The notes beneath the pieces are model-generated. The model was given only the letters and a program-made list of their open reading frames with translations. It made no database searches and was not told where the DNA came from. This document shows, piece by piece, positions 50,032-60,368 of a stretch of DNA of 64,000 bases; positions within the stretch are counted from its first letter, which is position 1; each line of letters begins with the position of its first letter. The stretch is from an uncultured Pseudomonadota bacterium (GTDB lineage Bacteria; Pseudomonadota; Gammaproteobacteria; Ga0077536). The translations under genes and the position numbers were made by a program. The stretch covers positions 9,074-73,073 of the forward strand of contig CACJXQ010000005.1 in NCBI GenBank assembly GCA_902597385.1, written 5' to 3'.

Positions 50032-52734
50032 TTAATGAGCCTCATCCCAATTAACACCCGTCCCTATAGTCACTTCCAAAGGAACATCCAGATCATCACC
50101 ACTTACTACCATGAGACTGTTTAATTCTTCTAATATTTGAGAGACTGCCTCTGATTCGACCTCAAACACTAGCTCATCATGCACTTGCATAATTAACAAA
50201 GCTGGAATATTTTTTTCGTTCAACCAATTAAAGGTGTTGATCATCGCTATTTTAATGATATCCGCCGCAGTCCCTTGCATGGGAGCATTGATAGCTGTTC
50301 GTTCGGCATATTGCCGCAGCTTGGCTTGCTTAGATTCTATATTAGGCAAATATAGGCGCCGCCCATACACAGTTTCCACAAAGCCTTGTTCTTTTGCGGT
50401 GACTCTGGTTTTTTCCATATATTCTCTAACCTTTGGATACTTTGAGAAATATAAATTGATATATTCTTGCGCTTCATATCTACCTATTCCCAGCTGTTTA
50501 CTTAGGCCGAAAGCCGACATACCATAAATCAATCCGAAATTTATTGCCTTAGCAGCTCGCCTATTTTCCTCAGAGACCTTAGAAAGGCTTACTCCAAAAA
50601 CCTCAGAAGCGGTTGCGCTGTGAATATCGACACCATCTCGAAAAGCCCCAATTAAATTATCGTCCTTAGATAGGTGCGCCATAATTCGAAGCTCTATCTG
50701 AGAATAATCGGCGGCCACAATTTTTCTTCCGTCGGGCGCCGAAAAAGCCTTCCGTATTTTTCGGCCTTCCGGAGTTCGGATAGGAATATTTTGGAGGTTG
50801 GGATCAGAGGAAGACAATCTACCGGTAGTCGTTACAGCTTGATGGTAATTTGTATGCACTCTTCCAGTAATAGGACTAATCTGTGCAGGCAATTTATCTA
50901 CATAAGTTGATTTTAACTTACTCAGAGATCTATGTTCCAGAATTAGCTTGGGAAGTACATAATCGACAGCCAACTCAGATAACGCTGATTCAGAAGTAGA
51001 CGGCTGCCCTTTCGGAGTCTTACTAACTACAGGCAATTGAAGCTTCTCAAACAAAAGTTCCTGAATCTGTTTTGGGGAAGCCAAATTGAACGACTCTCCT
51101 GCCTCTTTATGCGCCTCATCCTCTTTTTTTAGGATAACTTCGGATAAATATTTACCCTGGCGAGAAAGCATATCGGCATCAATGTGCACCCCAGATCGCT
51201 CCATATCGGCAAGAACCGGAACTAGCGGAACTTCCACTTTGGCTAGTAAAGATTCAAGTTGGCCTGTTTTTCTGATGTCTGAAAATAATTTTTTGTGAAG
51301 TCTGAGACTAACTTCCGCATCTTCAGCAGCATATCTAGTAGCAATATCAATCCGCACTTTGTCAAAAGACTGGTTTTTCGAGTCCTTACTAACAATATCA
51401 GCAAACTCCGTAACCTCTATATCTAAATACCTCTTCGCCACTGACTTAAGATCATGGCGAGCTACGCTACTATCAAAAATATAAGATTCCAACATAGTAT
51501 CAAACGCTATTCCTTCGAGAGATATCCCATAATTTTTTAGAACTGCACGATCGTATTTTAGGTTATGTCCCACCTTCAGCCTTTCTTTATTCTCCAAAAC
51601 TGGCTTAAGTGCAGCTAGAGTTTGGGATAAATCTAGTTGTGCCTCAACACCATCATAATCATGAGCAAGTGGAATATAGACTGCATTCAGTATATTGACA
51701 GAAAACGACAACCCCACAATTTCTGCTTCAAGTGGATCCAGACTGGTCGTCTCCAAATCAAAAGCAATAAGTTTTGCAGCATTTAATCTAGAGATCCAAG
51801 ACATTAATTCTTCGGTTGTGAAAATTGTCTTATAGTTAGTTTTGGGAGCGACCCTTTTTATAAATTTTTTGTTTGAATCCTGCGGTTCAGATAGCTCACT
51901 CAGAAGGGTCTTAAACTCATATTGACGATATAGAGATTCCAATCTCTGCTTATCAGCCTCAATTATCTTCAAACTGCCAACTTCAACTCCAACATCTATA
52001 TCGGTCAAAATAGTGACAAGGCGTTTTGTTAATGGAATTTGCTTTTCAAACTCTCGTAAATTTTCTCCTACCTTTCCTTTGATTTTTTCCTTATTTCTGA
52101 TGAGGGAGTCGAGATTTTGATATTCATTAAGCCATTTAGTCGCCGTTTTCGGGCCTACTTTTGGAACGCCTGGGATATTATCTGAGCTATCTCCCACTAA
52201 AGTGAGGTAATCTACTATCTGATTTGCCTTAACTCCAAATTTTTCTAGAACGCCTTTCTCATCCCATACGGAATTCTTTTGATCGTCGATAACCGTTACT
52301 TCCGAAGACACTAATTGAGCCATATCCTTGTCACCTGAAGCAATAAACACTTTGAAACCTTTATCAGAGCCTTGCAAAGCAAGAGTACCAATCACATCAT
52401 CTGCCTCTACTTTAGGTATTTCGATTAATGAATAACCCGAAGATTTTATAATCTCCTTTAGGGGCTCTACTTGAATTATTAACTCCTTGGGCATTTTTGA
52501 GCGATTGGCCTTATATTCTTCATACCAGTCCATCCTCAATGTTGGTCCTGGCGGATCAAAAATTACAGAGAACAGGTCGGGTTGATTCTTTAAAATCAGA
52601 GCTCTCAGCATTGACACGACTCCAAATATCGCTCCGGTCGGGAAACCAGCGTTAGTTCTTAAGTCGCTCGATCCATAAAAAGCTCTGTACAAATAACTGG
52701 AACCGTCAACCAATAATAATTTTTTTTGGCTCAT
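50032..52734 (-). CDS. polA: DNA polymerase I
   Basis: 900 aa. 5'-nuclease N-terminus (LLVDGSSYLYRAFY), a 3'-5' exonuclease domain, and polymerase motifs DYSQIELRI and QVHDELVFE. Confidence 0.95.
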   Translation of the reverse strand: MSQKKLLLVDGSSYLYRAFYGSSDLRTNAGFPTGAIFGVVSMLRALILKNQPDLFSVIFDPPGPTLRMDWYEEYKANRSKMPKELIIQVEPLKEIIKSSGYSLIEIPKVEADDVIGTLALQGSDKGFKVFIASGDKDMAQLVSSEVTVIDDQKNSVWDEKGVLEKFGVKANQIVDYLTLVGDSSDNIPGVPKVGPKTATKWLNEYQNLDSLIRNKEKIKGKVGENLREFEKQIPLTKRLVTILTDIDVGVEVGSLKIIEADKQRLESLYRQYEFKTLLSELSEPQDSNKKFIKRVAPKTNYKTIFTTEELMSWISRLNAAKLIAFDLETTSLDPLEAEIVGLSFSVNILNAVYIPLAHDYDGVEAQLDLSQTLAALKPVLENKERLKVGHNLKYDRAVLKNYGISLEGIAFDTMLESYIFDSSVARHDLKSVAKRYLDIEVTEFADIVSKDSKNQSFDKVRIDIATRYAAEDAEVSLRLHKKLFSDIRKTGQLESLLAKVEVPLVPVLADMERSGVHIDADMLSRQGKYLSEVILKKEDEAHKEAGESFNLASPKQIQELLFEKLQLPVVSKTPKGQPSTSESALSELAVDYVLPKLILEHRSLSKLKSTYVDKLPAQISPITGRVHTNYHQAVTTTGRLSSSDPNLQNIPIRTPEGRKIRKAFSAPDGRKIVAADYSQIELRIMAHLSKDDNLIGAFRDGVDIHSATASEVFGVSLSKVSEENRRAAKAINFGLIYGMSAFGLSKQLGIGRYEAQEYINLYFSKYPKVREYMEKTRVTAKEQGFVETVYGRRLYLPNIESKQAKLRQYAERTAINAPMQGTAADIIKIAMINTFNWLNEKNIPALLIMQVHDELVFEVESEAVSQILEELNSLMVVSGDDLDVPLEVTIGTGVNWDEAH

Positions 52735-52813
52735 TTTTTATAGTGTTTAATGGTGGACAATTTATATTTTTTTTAGCATTCTACATCGTGATCACAAACT
52801 AAAGGAAGAAAAA

Positions 52814-53164
52814 TTGCACCCAAGCAGTGTTTTCAAAGCCTTCTTAATAGTCATTTGCATATTAGTAACCGTTAACTCCTTTGCGGCTACAGAGACAGTA
52901 GAAGTTCCAGAGGATGCAGAAAATTATTATTCTGAGGAGATTTCAAGCAACGACTTGGAACCTGAGGTAACCATCATCAAAAGAAAAGACTCTATTAAAG
53001 AAGAGTACAGACTGAATGGAAAACTATATATGGTTAAAATAATACCGTCGATTGGCCCGGCATACTTTTATATTGATCAGGATGGCGACGGAGTTTGGGA
53101 GACCAGAAATACTGACAGAAATTCTACCCCTAGGGTGCCCCAATGGGTGATTCTAAACTGGTGA
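52814..53164 (+). CDS. small secreted protein, DUF2782-like
   Basis: 116 aa. TTG start preceded by AAAGGAAG and a signal peptide (...VTVNSFA/ATE). The core EPEVTIIKRKDSIKEEYRLNGKLYMVKIIP...YFYIDQDGDG is as I recall the family. Divergent from polA as in Pseudomonas. Confidence 0.55.
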   Translation: MHPSSVFKAFLIVICILVTVNSFAATETVEVPEDAENYYSEEISSNDLEPEVTIIKRKDSIKEEYRLNGKLYMVKIIPSIGPAYFYIDQDGDGVWETRNTDRNSTPRVPQWVILNW

Positions 53165-53176
53165 AAGATCAAATGC

Positions 53177-54571
53177 TTACTCTAGCAAGAATTTAGCTGC
53201 AAGGGCGAGAAACGCAAAGAAGCCAATTACATCTGTAATAGTTGTCAAAATAACCCCTCCAGCTAAAGCAGGATCAAGGCTAATTTTTCTAAGAAACAAA
53301 GGAACAACGGCACCAAAAAAACCAGCAGTTACCAAGTTCACTACGACAGCAGCGGCTACTATGATTCCTAGATGAAAATCTTCAAACCAAAGAGAGGCCA
53401 CCATACCAACAACAATAGCCCACAGACACCCATTACAAAATCCGATACCAATTTCTCGCGAGATTACTGACCAAGAATTAGCGGAACCAACTTGGCCTAA
53501 CGACATCCCTCTGATAACAATGGTTAGTGATTGCATTCCCGCCACCCCACCCATACTCGCTACGACGGGCATTAAAACCGCTAAAGCAACCATCTTTTCT
53601 ATCGCCCCCTCAAACAAACCTATAACCCAAGCAGCCAAAAAAGCAGTGGCTAAATTTACTGCCAACCATAAGGATCTTTGTCTGGCCGCCGCAACAAAGG
53701 GTGCAAACATGTCATAGTCCTCAACGATACCTGCAGTTGACATAATTTTTTTATCATTTTCGGCTCTAAGAACGTCGACAACATCATCTACAGTAATCGC
53801 ACCGATAAGCTTTCCAAATCCATCAACAACCGGCGCAGAGACAAGATCGAACTTTTCAAATATTGCAGTCACCTCGGTCGCCTTCGTCTCAGCGAGAATA
53901 GGACGCTCGACGTCTGCGGTAAGTTTCGTAATAGGCACCTCAGGATTAGCTATCACCAAATCAACCAAGGACACTGCTCCAATTAAATGATTATCCCTGC
54001 TTACCACGAACAACTGATCCAAATTATGTGTTTTTGGGGTAAAACGTCTTAGGAAGCGAAGAACAACATCGACATCGACATCTTGTCTAATCGTTGTAAC
54101 TTCGACATTCATAATTCCGCCCGCGGTATCCTGAGGATAATGAAGCGCCGCCCCAACTCTTCGCCTATTCTGCTCATCCATTGATAACAACACTTCATCG
54201 GCTATTTTTCCTGGCAGCTCCTGCAGGATGTCAGCTAACTCATCAGAGTCTAAGTTCTGGGTTTCAGTAACAACCCTTCTAACGTCTATCTGCTCAAGGA
54301 GATTACTCCTTACTTTCTTACTCACCTGCGCAATCACTTCCCCCCTCAAGGAAAAGTCTAAAGCATTCCAAAATTCTAAGCGCCGTGCAGCTGGCATAGT
54401 TTCTATCAAATCTGCAATCTCTGACGGATGGGAGGCAGAAAGTAATTTACGAAGATGTAGAAGATCATCCTCTTCGAGAAAATTTAGAGCCGATTGCAAT
54501 AAGACCTGATTTTGACTTACTAGATCAACATGAAATGAATTCCTTTTCTCGCTATTTAGTTTGTTCGACAT
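53177..54571 (-). CDS. mgtE: magnesium transporter MgtE
   Basis: 464 aa. N-domain, tandem CBS domains (GGIMNVEV..., VVDGFGKLIGAITVDDV) and five C-terminal TM helices ending in TDVIGFF. Confidence 0.9.
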   Translation of the reverse strand: MSNKLNSEKRNSFHVDLVSQNQVLLQSALNFLEEDDLLHLRKLLSASHPSEIADLIETMPAARRLEFWNALDFSLRGEVIAQVSKKVRSNLLEQIDVRRVVTETQNLDSDELADILQELPGKIADEVLLSMDEQNRRRVGAALHYPQDTAGGIMNVEVTTIRQDVDVDVVLRFLRRFTPKTHNLDQLFVVSRDNHLIGAVSLVDLVIANPEVPITKLTADVERPILAETKATEVTAIFEKFDLVSAPVVDGFGKLIGAITVDDVVDVLRAENDKKIMSTAGIVEDYDMFAPFVAAARQRSLWLAVNLATAFLAAWVIGLFEGAIEKMVALAVLMPVVASMGGVAGMQSLTIVIRGMSLGQVGSANSWSVISREIGIGFCNGCLWAIVVGMVASLWFEDFHLGIIVAAAVVVNLVTAGFFGAVVPLFLRKISLDPALAGGVILTTITDVIGFFAFLALAAKFLLE

Positions 54572-54580
54572 CTAAATATC

Positions 54581-56308
54581 CTAGTCAGCTAATAATTCTT
54601 TCAGTACGGTTGAGTCACCCGAACTGATAAACCTTTCCACTAATGATTTTGAACTTTTAACGGAAGTATTTTCTATCTTTTTTTTAATATCTGAAATCAC
54701 CCAAGGTCGCACACTGAGTTGAGTGAGCCCAAGCCCTAGAAGTAATGGAAGATACTTGGGATCACTAGCCATTTCTCCACAGATAAAGACAGGCCTTCTT
54801 AGCTTTTTAGCGGCAGTCACTGACCAAAAAATCAGCTGAACTACACCTGGATGTATAGGCTGGTAAAGGTAAGAAACATGGTTATTTTGCCGGTCGGCTG
54901 CATTTGCGTACTGAACCAGATCGTTCGAACCAATAGATAAAAAATCTAATTCCGCAGCCAGCAAAGAACAAGACGCTGCAGCAGCTGGAACCTCAATCAT
55001 TGCACCAAGCGGAATATCTTTTGCAAAATCAATTCCTTTTGCCAAAAACTCCTCTTTAAGATTTTTTAGAATTTCTTTCACCTCAACTACTTCATCCACC
55101 CCTGTAACCATTGGTAACAACAGTCTCACTTTACCAAACGCGGAAGCTCTCAGTACTGCACGTAATTGGGATAGGAAGAGTTTTCTTTCCACGAGGCTCA
55201 ACCGTAGACCTCTAAGTCCAAGCGCTGATACAGCTCCTTCGGGCAAGGAATCTCTCAGAGCAGTTGGCAATTTATCTGGACCCAAGTCTGCAGTCCTGAT
55301 AGTAATTTCTTGGCCGTTCGAACGCTTAAGAATTTTTTTGTAGACTTCGACCTGCTCTGATTCCGTCAAAACATAGGGGCTATTCATAAAAAGAAACTCT
55401 GTCCTGAATAACCCTATCGGATAAGTCTCGTATTCTGGAACTTTATATATATCTTCAAATATATCCAGATTAAGAAAAATGCTTATATGGCTTCCATCTA
55501 AACTCAAGACAGTCTGGTGATCCAAGGTGGAGTTTACACACATCTCTTCCAGATTATTCATTCTTACTTTGCTCTTGTAAGAACTAAGGGTCCTGTTATC
55601 GAGCTCGCCTATAATGAGCCCAGATTCTCCATCAACAACAACAACCTCTTCATCTTTAAAAAAACGCGTCGCATCTTTGACGCCAATTACAAATGGCAGA
55701 CGTAGACTTCTAGCCAGAATAGCCGTGTGAGATAGTGTTGCTCCCGATTCTAGACAAAACCCTAGAATTCCTCTTCTTGATAGCATTATCACATCCGAGG
55801 GGCTTAAGTCCCGTGCAATTACAATCGAGCCCTGAAGTGATTCTGCGGAGAATATGTCTACGCTATGCTGCGAACTAAAGTTCTTTAGGATCACATTAAT
55901 TACTTGTCGAATATCTTCTTTTCTTGACTTAAAGTAGGGATCTTCTGTTTTATCAAAAAATGAAGATAAATCTTTTTCATACAGCCTTAATGCCCATTCG
56001 GCGGTACAATTATTAGTTTCTATAATTGACGCTACACCAACTTTTAAAGATTCATCTCGAACCATCTGTATATGAGTTTTTACAAACGACAGGGTCTCTG
56101 GGGGCGAAGAAGAAGGTATTTTGCTCTTAACTTCTTCTAAAAAACCAACAGCTCGATAAACTGCTTCCTCTAAACGCTTTTTCTCGGACGCCAGATCTGT
56201 AGCATCTATTTGAGAAGGGGCTATGTCTAAAGATTTAGCTCCATTTAGATGGACCCGTCCAATCGCTATTCCGCTGGAAGTAGAGGTGCCATAAACAGCA
56301 AATGTCAA
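54581..56308 (-). CDS. ptsP: phosphoenolpyruvate--protein phosphotransferase (PTS Enzyme I), no N-terminal GAF domain
   Basis: 575 aa. It starts directly with the EI N-domain (GTSTSSGIAIGRVHL). Phospho-His loop SGATLSHTAILARSL and PEP-binding SIGSNDLVQY. The TTG start overlaps the npr stop (TTGA). Confidence 0.88.
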   Translation of the reverse strand: MTFAVYGTSTSSGIAIGRVHLNGAKSLDIAPSQIDATDLASEKKRLEEAVYRAVGFLEEVKSKIPSSSPPETLSFVKTHIQMVRDESLKVGVASIIETNNCTAEWALRLYEKDLSSFFDKTEDPYFKSRKEDIRQVINVILKNFSSQHSVDIFSAESLQGSIVIARDLSPSDVIMLSRRGILGFCLESGATLSHTAILARSLRLPFVIGVKDATRFFKDEEVVVVDGESGLIIGELDNRTLSSYKSKVRMNNLEEMCVNSTLDHQTVLSLDGSHISIFLNLDIFEDIYKVPEYETYPIGLFRTEFLFMNSPYVLTESEQVEVYKKILKRSNGQEITIRTADLGPDKLPTALRDSLPEGAVSALGLRGLRLSLVERKLFLSQLRAVLRASAFGKVRLLLPMVTGVDEVVEVKEILKNLKEEFLAKGIDFAKDIPLGAMIEVPAAAASCSLLAAELDFLSIGSNDLVQYANAADRQNNHVSYLYQPIHPGVVQLIFWSVTAAKKLRRPVFICGEMASDPKYLPLLLGLGLTQLSVRPWVISDIKKKIENTSVKSSKSLVERFISSGDSTVLKELLAD

Positions 56309-56574
56309 ACAGACTCTCCAAACTTATTCGAAACCAAGTCTCTCAGAGCATCTAATAGCTCTTTCTCATCCTCGCCGCTTGTTGCTATATTTAAAGTAGC
56401 ACCCTTTTGAGCAGCGAGCGTCATTAAACCTATTATGCTTTTGCCATTCACTTCTCGCCCTTCTCTTGTCACAGTTACCTGACTCGAATGTTTAGAAGAT
56501 AATTCAACAAACTTCAAAGCCGCCCTAGCATGCAAACCCAGCTTATTAATTATTTCTACTTTGGCTTCGCACAT
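56305..56574 (-). CDS. npr: HPr-family phosphocarrier protein (NPr)
   Basis: 89 aa. Active-site context NKLGLHARAA. Downstream of rapZ as in the E. coli rpoN operon. Confidence 0.88.
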   Translation of the reverse strand: MCEAKVEIINKLGLHARAALKFVELSSKHSSQVTVTREGREVNGKSIIGLMTLAAQKGATLNIATSGEDEKELLDALRDLVSNKFGESV

Positions 56575-56583
56575 TTTGGTTGC

Positions 56584-57447
56584 TCATAAATCTCTGTGAG
56601 TTACTCTTGTGGATTTATTATTGTTTTTGAAAATTGTACTTACCTTCTCTGCTACAAAAACAGACCTATGCCGTCCTCCAGTACAACCAAAGGCTATCGT
56701 GAGATAACTTCTGCTTATTTTTTCAAAGCAACCCAACCAATCGATCAGGAACTTAGATATATCTTCCACCATCTTAGAAGTTAGTGGATCGTTATCCAAG
56801 AGTTCAATTACCTCTTGGTCCCGTCCGTCTTTATCTCTTAAGGGCAGCTCCCAGTAAGGGTTTCGCAAACATCTAACATCGTAGACAAAATCTGCGTCCG
56901 TTGGGACGCCCTTCTTATATCCGAAAGATACAAATTGTAATGCCATTTGGTCGGCTGGCTTAGCAGCTATATTATCGCGCACTCTTTTTCGTAGATCATG
57001 TACAGTAAGATGACTTGAATCAATTCGCAAATCTGCGCTATTGCTCACTGGATCAAGTAACTTTTCTTCCATGGTAATAGCATCAGCTAATGAAATATTT
57101 TGCGTCGATAAAGGATGTTTTCTTCTAGTTTCGCTAAAACGACGAAGAAGCGCTGAAGGGGTAGCAGTAATGAATATTAATTCGACTGTCACTGCCGAGT
57201 TGCCCAAATCTTTCAACAAACTAGGAAGCTCTACGATAGATGATCCCGTATTACGTACATCTATTCCCACAGCCACACAATCATAGTGATTCGTTTCTTG
57301 GCCCGCCAGAAAATTCATAAAGCCCCGCAAGATTCCAATAGGTAGATTATCTACGCAATAAAAACCAAAATCCTCCAGCGCTCGCAATACTACCGATTTG
57401 CCAGCTCCTGATAAACCAGAAATTATGACCAGCCTTTTTCGTCGCAA
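56584..57447 (-). CDS. rapZ: RNase adapter protein RapZ (YhbJ)
   Basis: 287 aa. Walker A GLSGAGKS and C-terminal GCTGGRHRSV. TTG start 1 nt after the ptsN stop. Confidence 0.9.
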   Translation of the reverse strand: MRRKRLVIISGLSGAGKSVVLRALEDFGFYCVDNLPIGILRGFMNFLAGQETNHYDCVAVGIDVRNTGSSIVELPSLLKDLGNSAVTVELIFITATPSALLRRFSETRRKHPLSTQNISLADAITMEEKLLDPVSNSADLRIDSSHLTVHDLRKRVRDNIAAKPADQMALQFVSFGYKKGVPTDADFVYDVRCLRNPYWELPLRDKDGRDQEVIELLDNDPLTSKMVEDISKFLIDWLGCFEKISRSYLTIAFGCTGGRHRSVFVAEKVSTIFKNNNKSTRVTHRDL

Positions 57448-57448
57448 A

Positions 57449-57919
57449 CTATACTCCTTGCTTCGAGTCTATCTCTATTGACAACCTTCGTAAAACCGCC
57501 TCTTTATCATCGATGGTCCTCAAATTTTCTACAAATGAAATATCTTCTAAAGCCTCTGCTACCTTTCCGAGTAAATTTAGATACTCGTTTATAGAATCCT
57601 CTGGCAAGCAAAGACCCAAAAATAAATCGACTGGTTTTTCATCTACAGCATCAAAGTCTATGGGGTTAGAAATTTTAAGGAACGCAGCCCTTGCGGGTTC
57701 CTTCTTTGCTATCCTGGCGTGCGGCAATGCGATGCCGCTACCTAACCCAGTCGTACCCAATCTCTCTCTCGAAGCAAGTAAATCTCCAATTTGACAGGCC
57801 GAAGGTCCAGCATTCTTAATTTCCAACAAGGAACCAAGTCTTTCCAACACAGTTTTTTTACTTCGCAAATCATCGCGAAGTGAAATACGCTCAATTGAAA
57901 AAATTTTCGCTATTTCCAT
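57449..57919 (-). CDS. ptsN: PTS IIA-like nitrogen regulatory protein PtsN (EIIA-Ntr)
   Basis: 156 aa from ATG 57919. Phospho-His loop GSGIALPHARI. The ORF is also open to TTG 57985, but that adds a hydrophobic 22-aa leader absent from PtsN. Confidence 0.85.
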   Translation of the reverse strand: MEIAKIFSIERISLRDDLRSKKTVLERLGSLLEIKNAGPSACQIGDLLASRERLGTTGLGSGIALPHARIAKKEPARAAFLKISNPIDFDAVDEKPVDLFLGLCLPEDSINEYLNLLGKVAEALEDISFVENLRTIDDKEAVLRRLSIEIDSKQGV

Positions 57920-57994
57920 CAAAATCCCATCGATAGCAAATATGAATACACTACTCAAATGATATATGATTTGCCCAAATATCAAAACATTTTG

Positions 57995-59554
57995 TTAGGA
58001 AGCAACCCTTTGTTTGCGCTGACTAGAAGATGGGATTGATAGTAGCTCTCGATATTTCGTAACTGTGCGACGAGCTACCTTAAAACCTTTTTCGGCTAAC
58101 AGGTTCGATATTTTCTGATCACTGTAAGGTCTGATATCATTTTCTTCCGCTACTATCTTCTGTATATAATTTTGAATCGCTAAGGAGGAAACATCCTCAC
58201 CAGCCGCAGAACGGACATGACTATTGAAAAAGTACTTGAATTCAAAGATCCCCCTCGGCGTATCCATATACTTCCCAGAAGTAGCCCTAGAAACATTCGA
58301 CTGATCCCTCCCCACTACCTCGGCAATATCACGCAGTACCATAGGTTTCATCTGACTCTCTCCTTCCTCGAAGAAATCGATCTGTCTCGATACAATTGCT
58401 TTAGCCACCCTAAAGATAGTGTCGTTACGAAGGCGTAAACTATTAATAAAGAACTTTGCATCTGATAAGTGCTTTTGCAGAGTCTTTTTTTCTGACTCAG
58501 TCTTAGTTTTTTGTGCCATCCGTTCGTATTGAGCATTTATCCGCAGAGCCGGGCAAAGCGAAGTATTCGACTCCACTTGCCAAATCCCGTTAACTTTAAA
58601 AACATATACATCTGGCACAATGTATTGGATATTATGGTCGGCGTATGCTGCTCCAGGTCTAGGGTTTAACGAGCGGATAAGCTTCAGTAAGGCCGTTAAC
58701 TGATCGTCACAAATTTCTAGGTTTTCCTGTAGCTTATCAAACTTACTTTCCCCTAGCAGATCAAAATAATCACGACAGCATATTAGTGCTTTATCCCTTA
58801 TCTCATTCGAAGCCTCTAAGCCTGAAAGCTGCAATATTAAACACTCTTGAACACTCCTGGCTCCCACTCCAGTTGGATCGAAATTGTGAATAACATTAGT
58901 GATAACGTGTTCGATATCGGTAATATTTACATTTTCTAATTTTGGCTGAGAAGAATTCTTGTTCCCACTCAGTAATGTCTCTACAATTTCTTCAGGCGAA
59001 GAATAGAGAAATCCATCTTCGTTTAAAGAGTCAATGAGTGCTATCGAAATAATCTTATATTCATGAGGTAGATTAACTAAACCTAGTTGCTCTAACAAAT
59101 GTTGGCGCAATGAGGAATTTTGAGCATCATTTTCCCTGACTAGAGATGGCCCCAGGGTTTCGGATGATCCCTCAAATTGTCTATCCCGCCCCATCTCAAG
59201 AGACCCATGTGACCAGTCCTCTTTATACGCCTCCTCGTCGGAAGAATCGGGAACATCATCGGCTATCATGGCGCTTCTTTCAACTTCCTGTGGTGATGCC
59301 ATAGGACTAGCATCCAAGTCTACTGAATCGCCTACCAGTGCCTCTTCTTCATGAATTAAGTCGCTTTCATGTTCGGTCTCAAAAGAAACATCATCATTTA
59401 AAGTTTCTTCCTCAAGCATTATGTTGGAATCCAAGGTCTCTTGAATCTTCGCTTCTATTTCCTGGGAGGGAAGATTAAGCAACTCTATTCCCTGACGAAG
59501 AGCAGGGGTCATTGCTAATTGCTGGCCGGTCTTAATTGTCAGAGATTGCTTCAT
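57995..59554 (-). CDS. rpoN: RNA polymerase sigma-54 factor
   Basis: 519 aa. Region I MKQSLTIKTGQQLAMTPAL, an acidic region II, and the RpoN box ARRTVTKYR near the C-terminus. Confidence 0.95.
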   Translation of the reverse strand: MKQSLTIKTGQQLAMTPALRQGIELLNLPSQEIEAKIQETLDSNIMLEEETLNDDVSFETEHESDLIHEEEALVGDSVDLDASPMASPQEVERSAMIADDVPDSSDEEAYKEDWSHGSLEMGRDRQFEGSSETLGPSLVRENDAQNSSLRQHLLEQLGLVNLPHEYKIISIALIDSLNEDGFLYSSPEEIVETLLSGNKNSSQPKLENVNITDIEHVITNVIHNFDPTGVGARSVQECLILQLSGLEASNEIRDKALICCRDYFDLLGESKFDKLQENLEICDDQLTALLKLIRSLNPRPGAAYADHNIQYIVPDVYVFKVNGIWQVESNTSLCPALRINAQYERMAQKTKTESEKKTLQKHLSDAKFFINSLRLRNDTIFRVAKAIVSRQIDFFEEGESQMKPMVLRDIAEVVGRDQSNVSRATSGKYMDTPRGIFEFKYFFNSHVRSAAGEDVSSLAIQNYIQKIVAEENDIRPYSDQKISNLLAEKGFKVARRTVTKYRELLSIPSSSQRKQRVAS

Positions 59555-59601
59555 GATTTTCGTTTTGTGGTTTTAATTATCTATTAAAGAGAAAGTAACT
59601 C

Positions 59602-60327
59602 TCACAACGAAAAAGATTCCCCTAAGTACACACTCCTTACTTTATCGTCTGCCATAACTGTTTCGGCAGAGCCCTCTGAGATAATCTTCCCTTCGTTAAC
59701 GATATAGGCTCTATCACAAATTCTCAAAGTCTCTTGTACATTATGATCAGTTATTAGAACACCAATCCCAGCCTCTTTTAGTTTCTGTACGATACCCTGA
59801 ATATCACCGACAGATATAGGGTCCACGCCAGCAAAAGGCTCATCAAGCAGAATGAATAATGGGTCAGTTGCTAAAGACCGAGCAATCTCGACCCTACGCC
59901 TTTCGCCACCCGACAAAGAAACACCTTGCTCATTACGCAGATGGCTGACATGAAAATCCGACAACAGCTCGTCAAGCCTTTTTACCCTCTCAGATTCATT
60001 TAGTCTTTGATTTAATTCCAATACGGACATAATATTTTGCTCAACAGTCATCTTTCTAAAAATAGAAGATTCTTGCGGCAAATATCCCAAACCCTTTCTA
60101 GCCCGAACATCTATCGGGAATTTAGTTAGATCTTCGGTGCCTAAAAAAATAGAGCCACCTTCGCTCTTTACCAAGCCCACAATCATATAAAAGCTTGTGG
60201 TCTTTCCTGCCCCATTCGGACCCAGAAGGCCAATTATTTCGCCACTTTCGACCTCTAAACTTACATCTTGAACGACTTTTCGAGACTTATACGTTTTACT
60301 TAGATTTTCAATTTTTAACATCGCCAT
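59602..60327 (-). CDS. lptB: LPS export ABC transporter ATPase LptB
   Basis: 241 aa. Walker [10 protein letters not shown], signature LSGGERRR and Walker [12 protein letters not shown]. Confidence 0.93.
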   Translation of the reverse strand: MAMLKIENLSKTYKSRKVVQDVSLEVESGEIIGLLGPNGAGKTTSFYMIVGLVKSEGGSIFLGTEDLTKFPIDVRARKGLGYLPQESSIFRKMTVEQNIMSVLELNQRLNESERVKRLDELLSDFHVSHLRNEQGVSLSGGERRRVEIARSLATDPLFILLDEPFAGVDPISVGDIQGIVQKLKEAGIGVLITDHNVQETLRICDRAYIVNEGKIISEGSAETVMADDKVRSVYLGESFSL

Positions 60328-60368
60328 GTTTCAAATACCCAATTTGAGATTACGCAAAAGTTAATATT

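Noticed and set aside
57920-57985. TTG-initiated 22-codon leader on ptsN that would nearly close the rpoN-ptsN gap
   Set aside because: The hydrophobic leader (IFGQIIYHLSSVFIFAIDGIL) is not a PtsN feature. ATG 57919 gives a standard 156-aa EIIA-Ntr. I cannot fully exclude it without orthologs.
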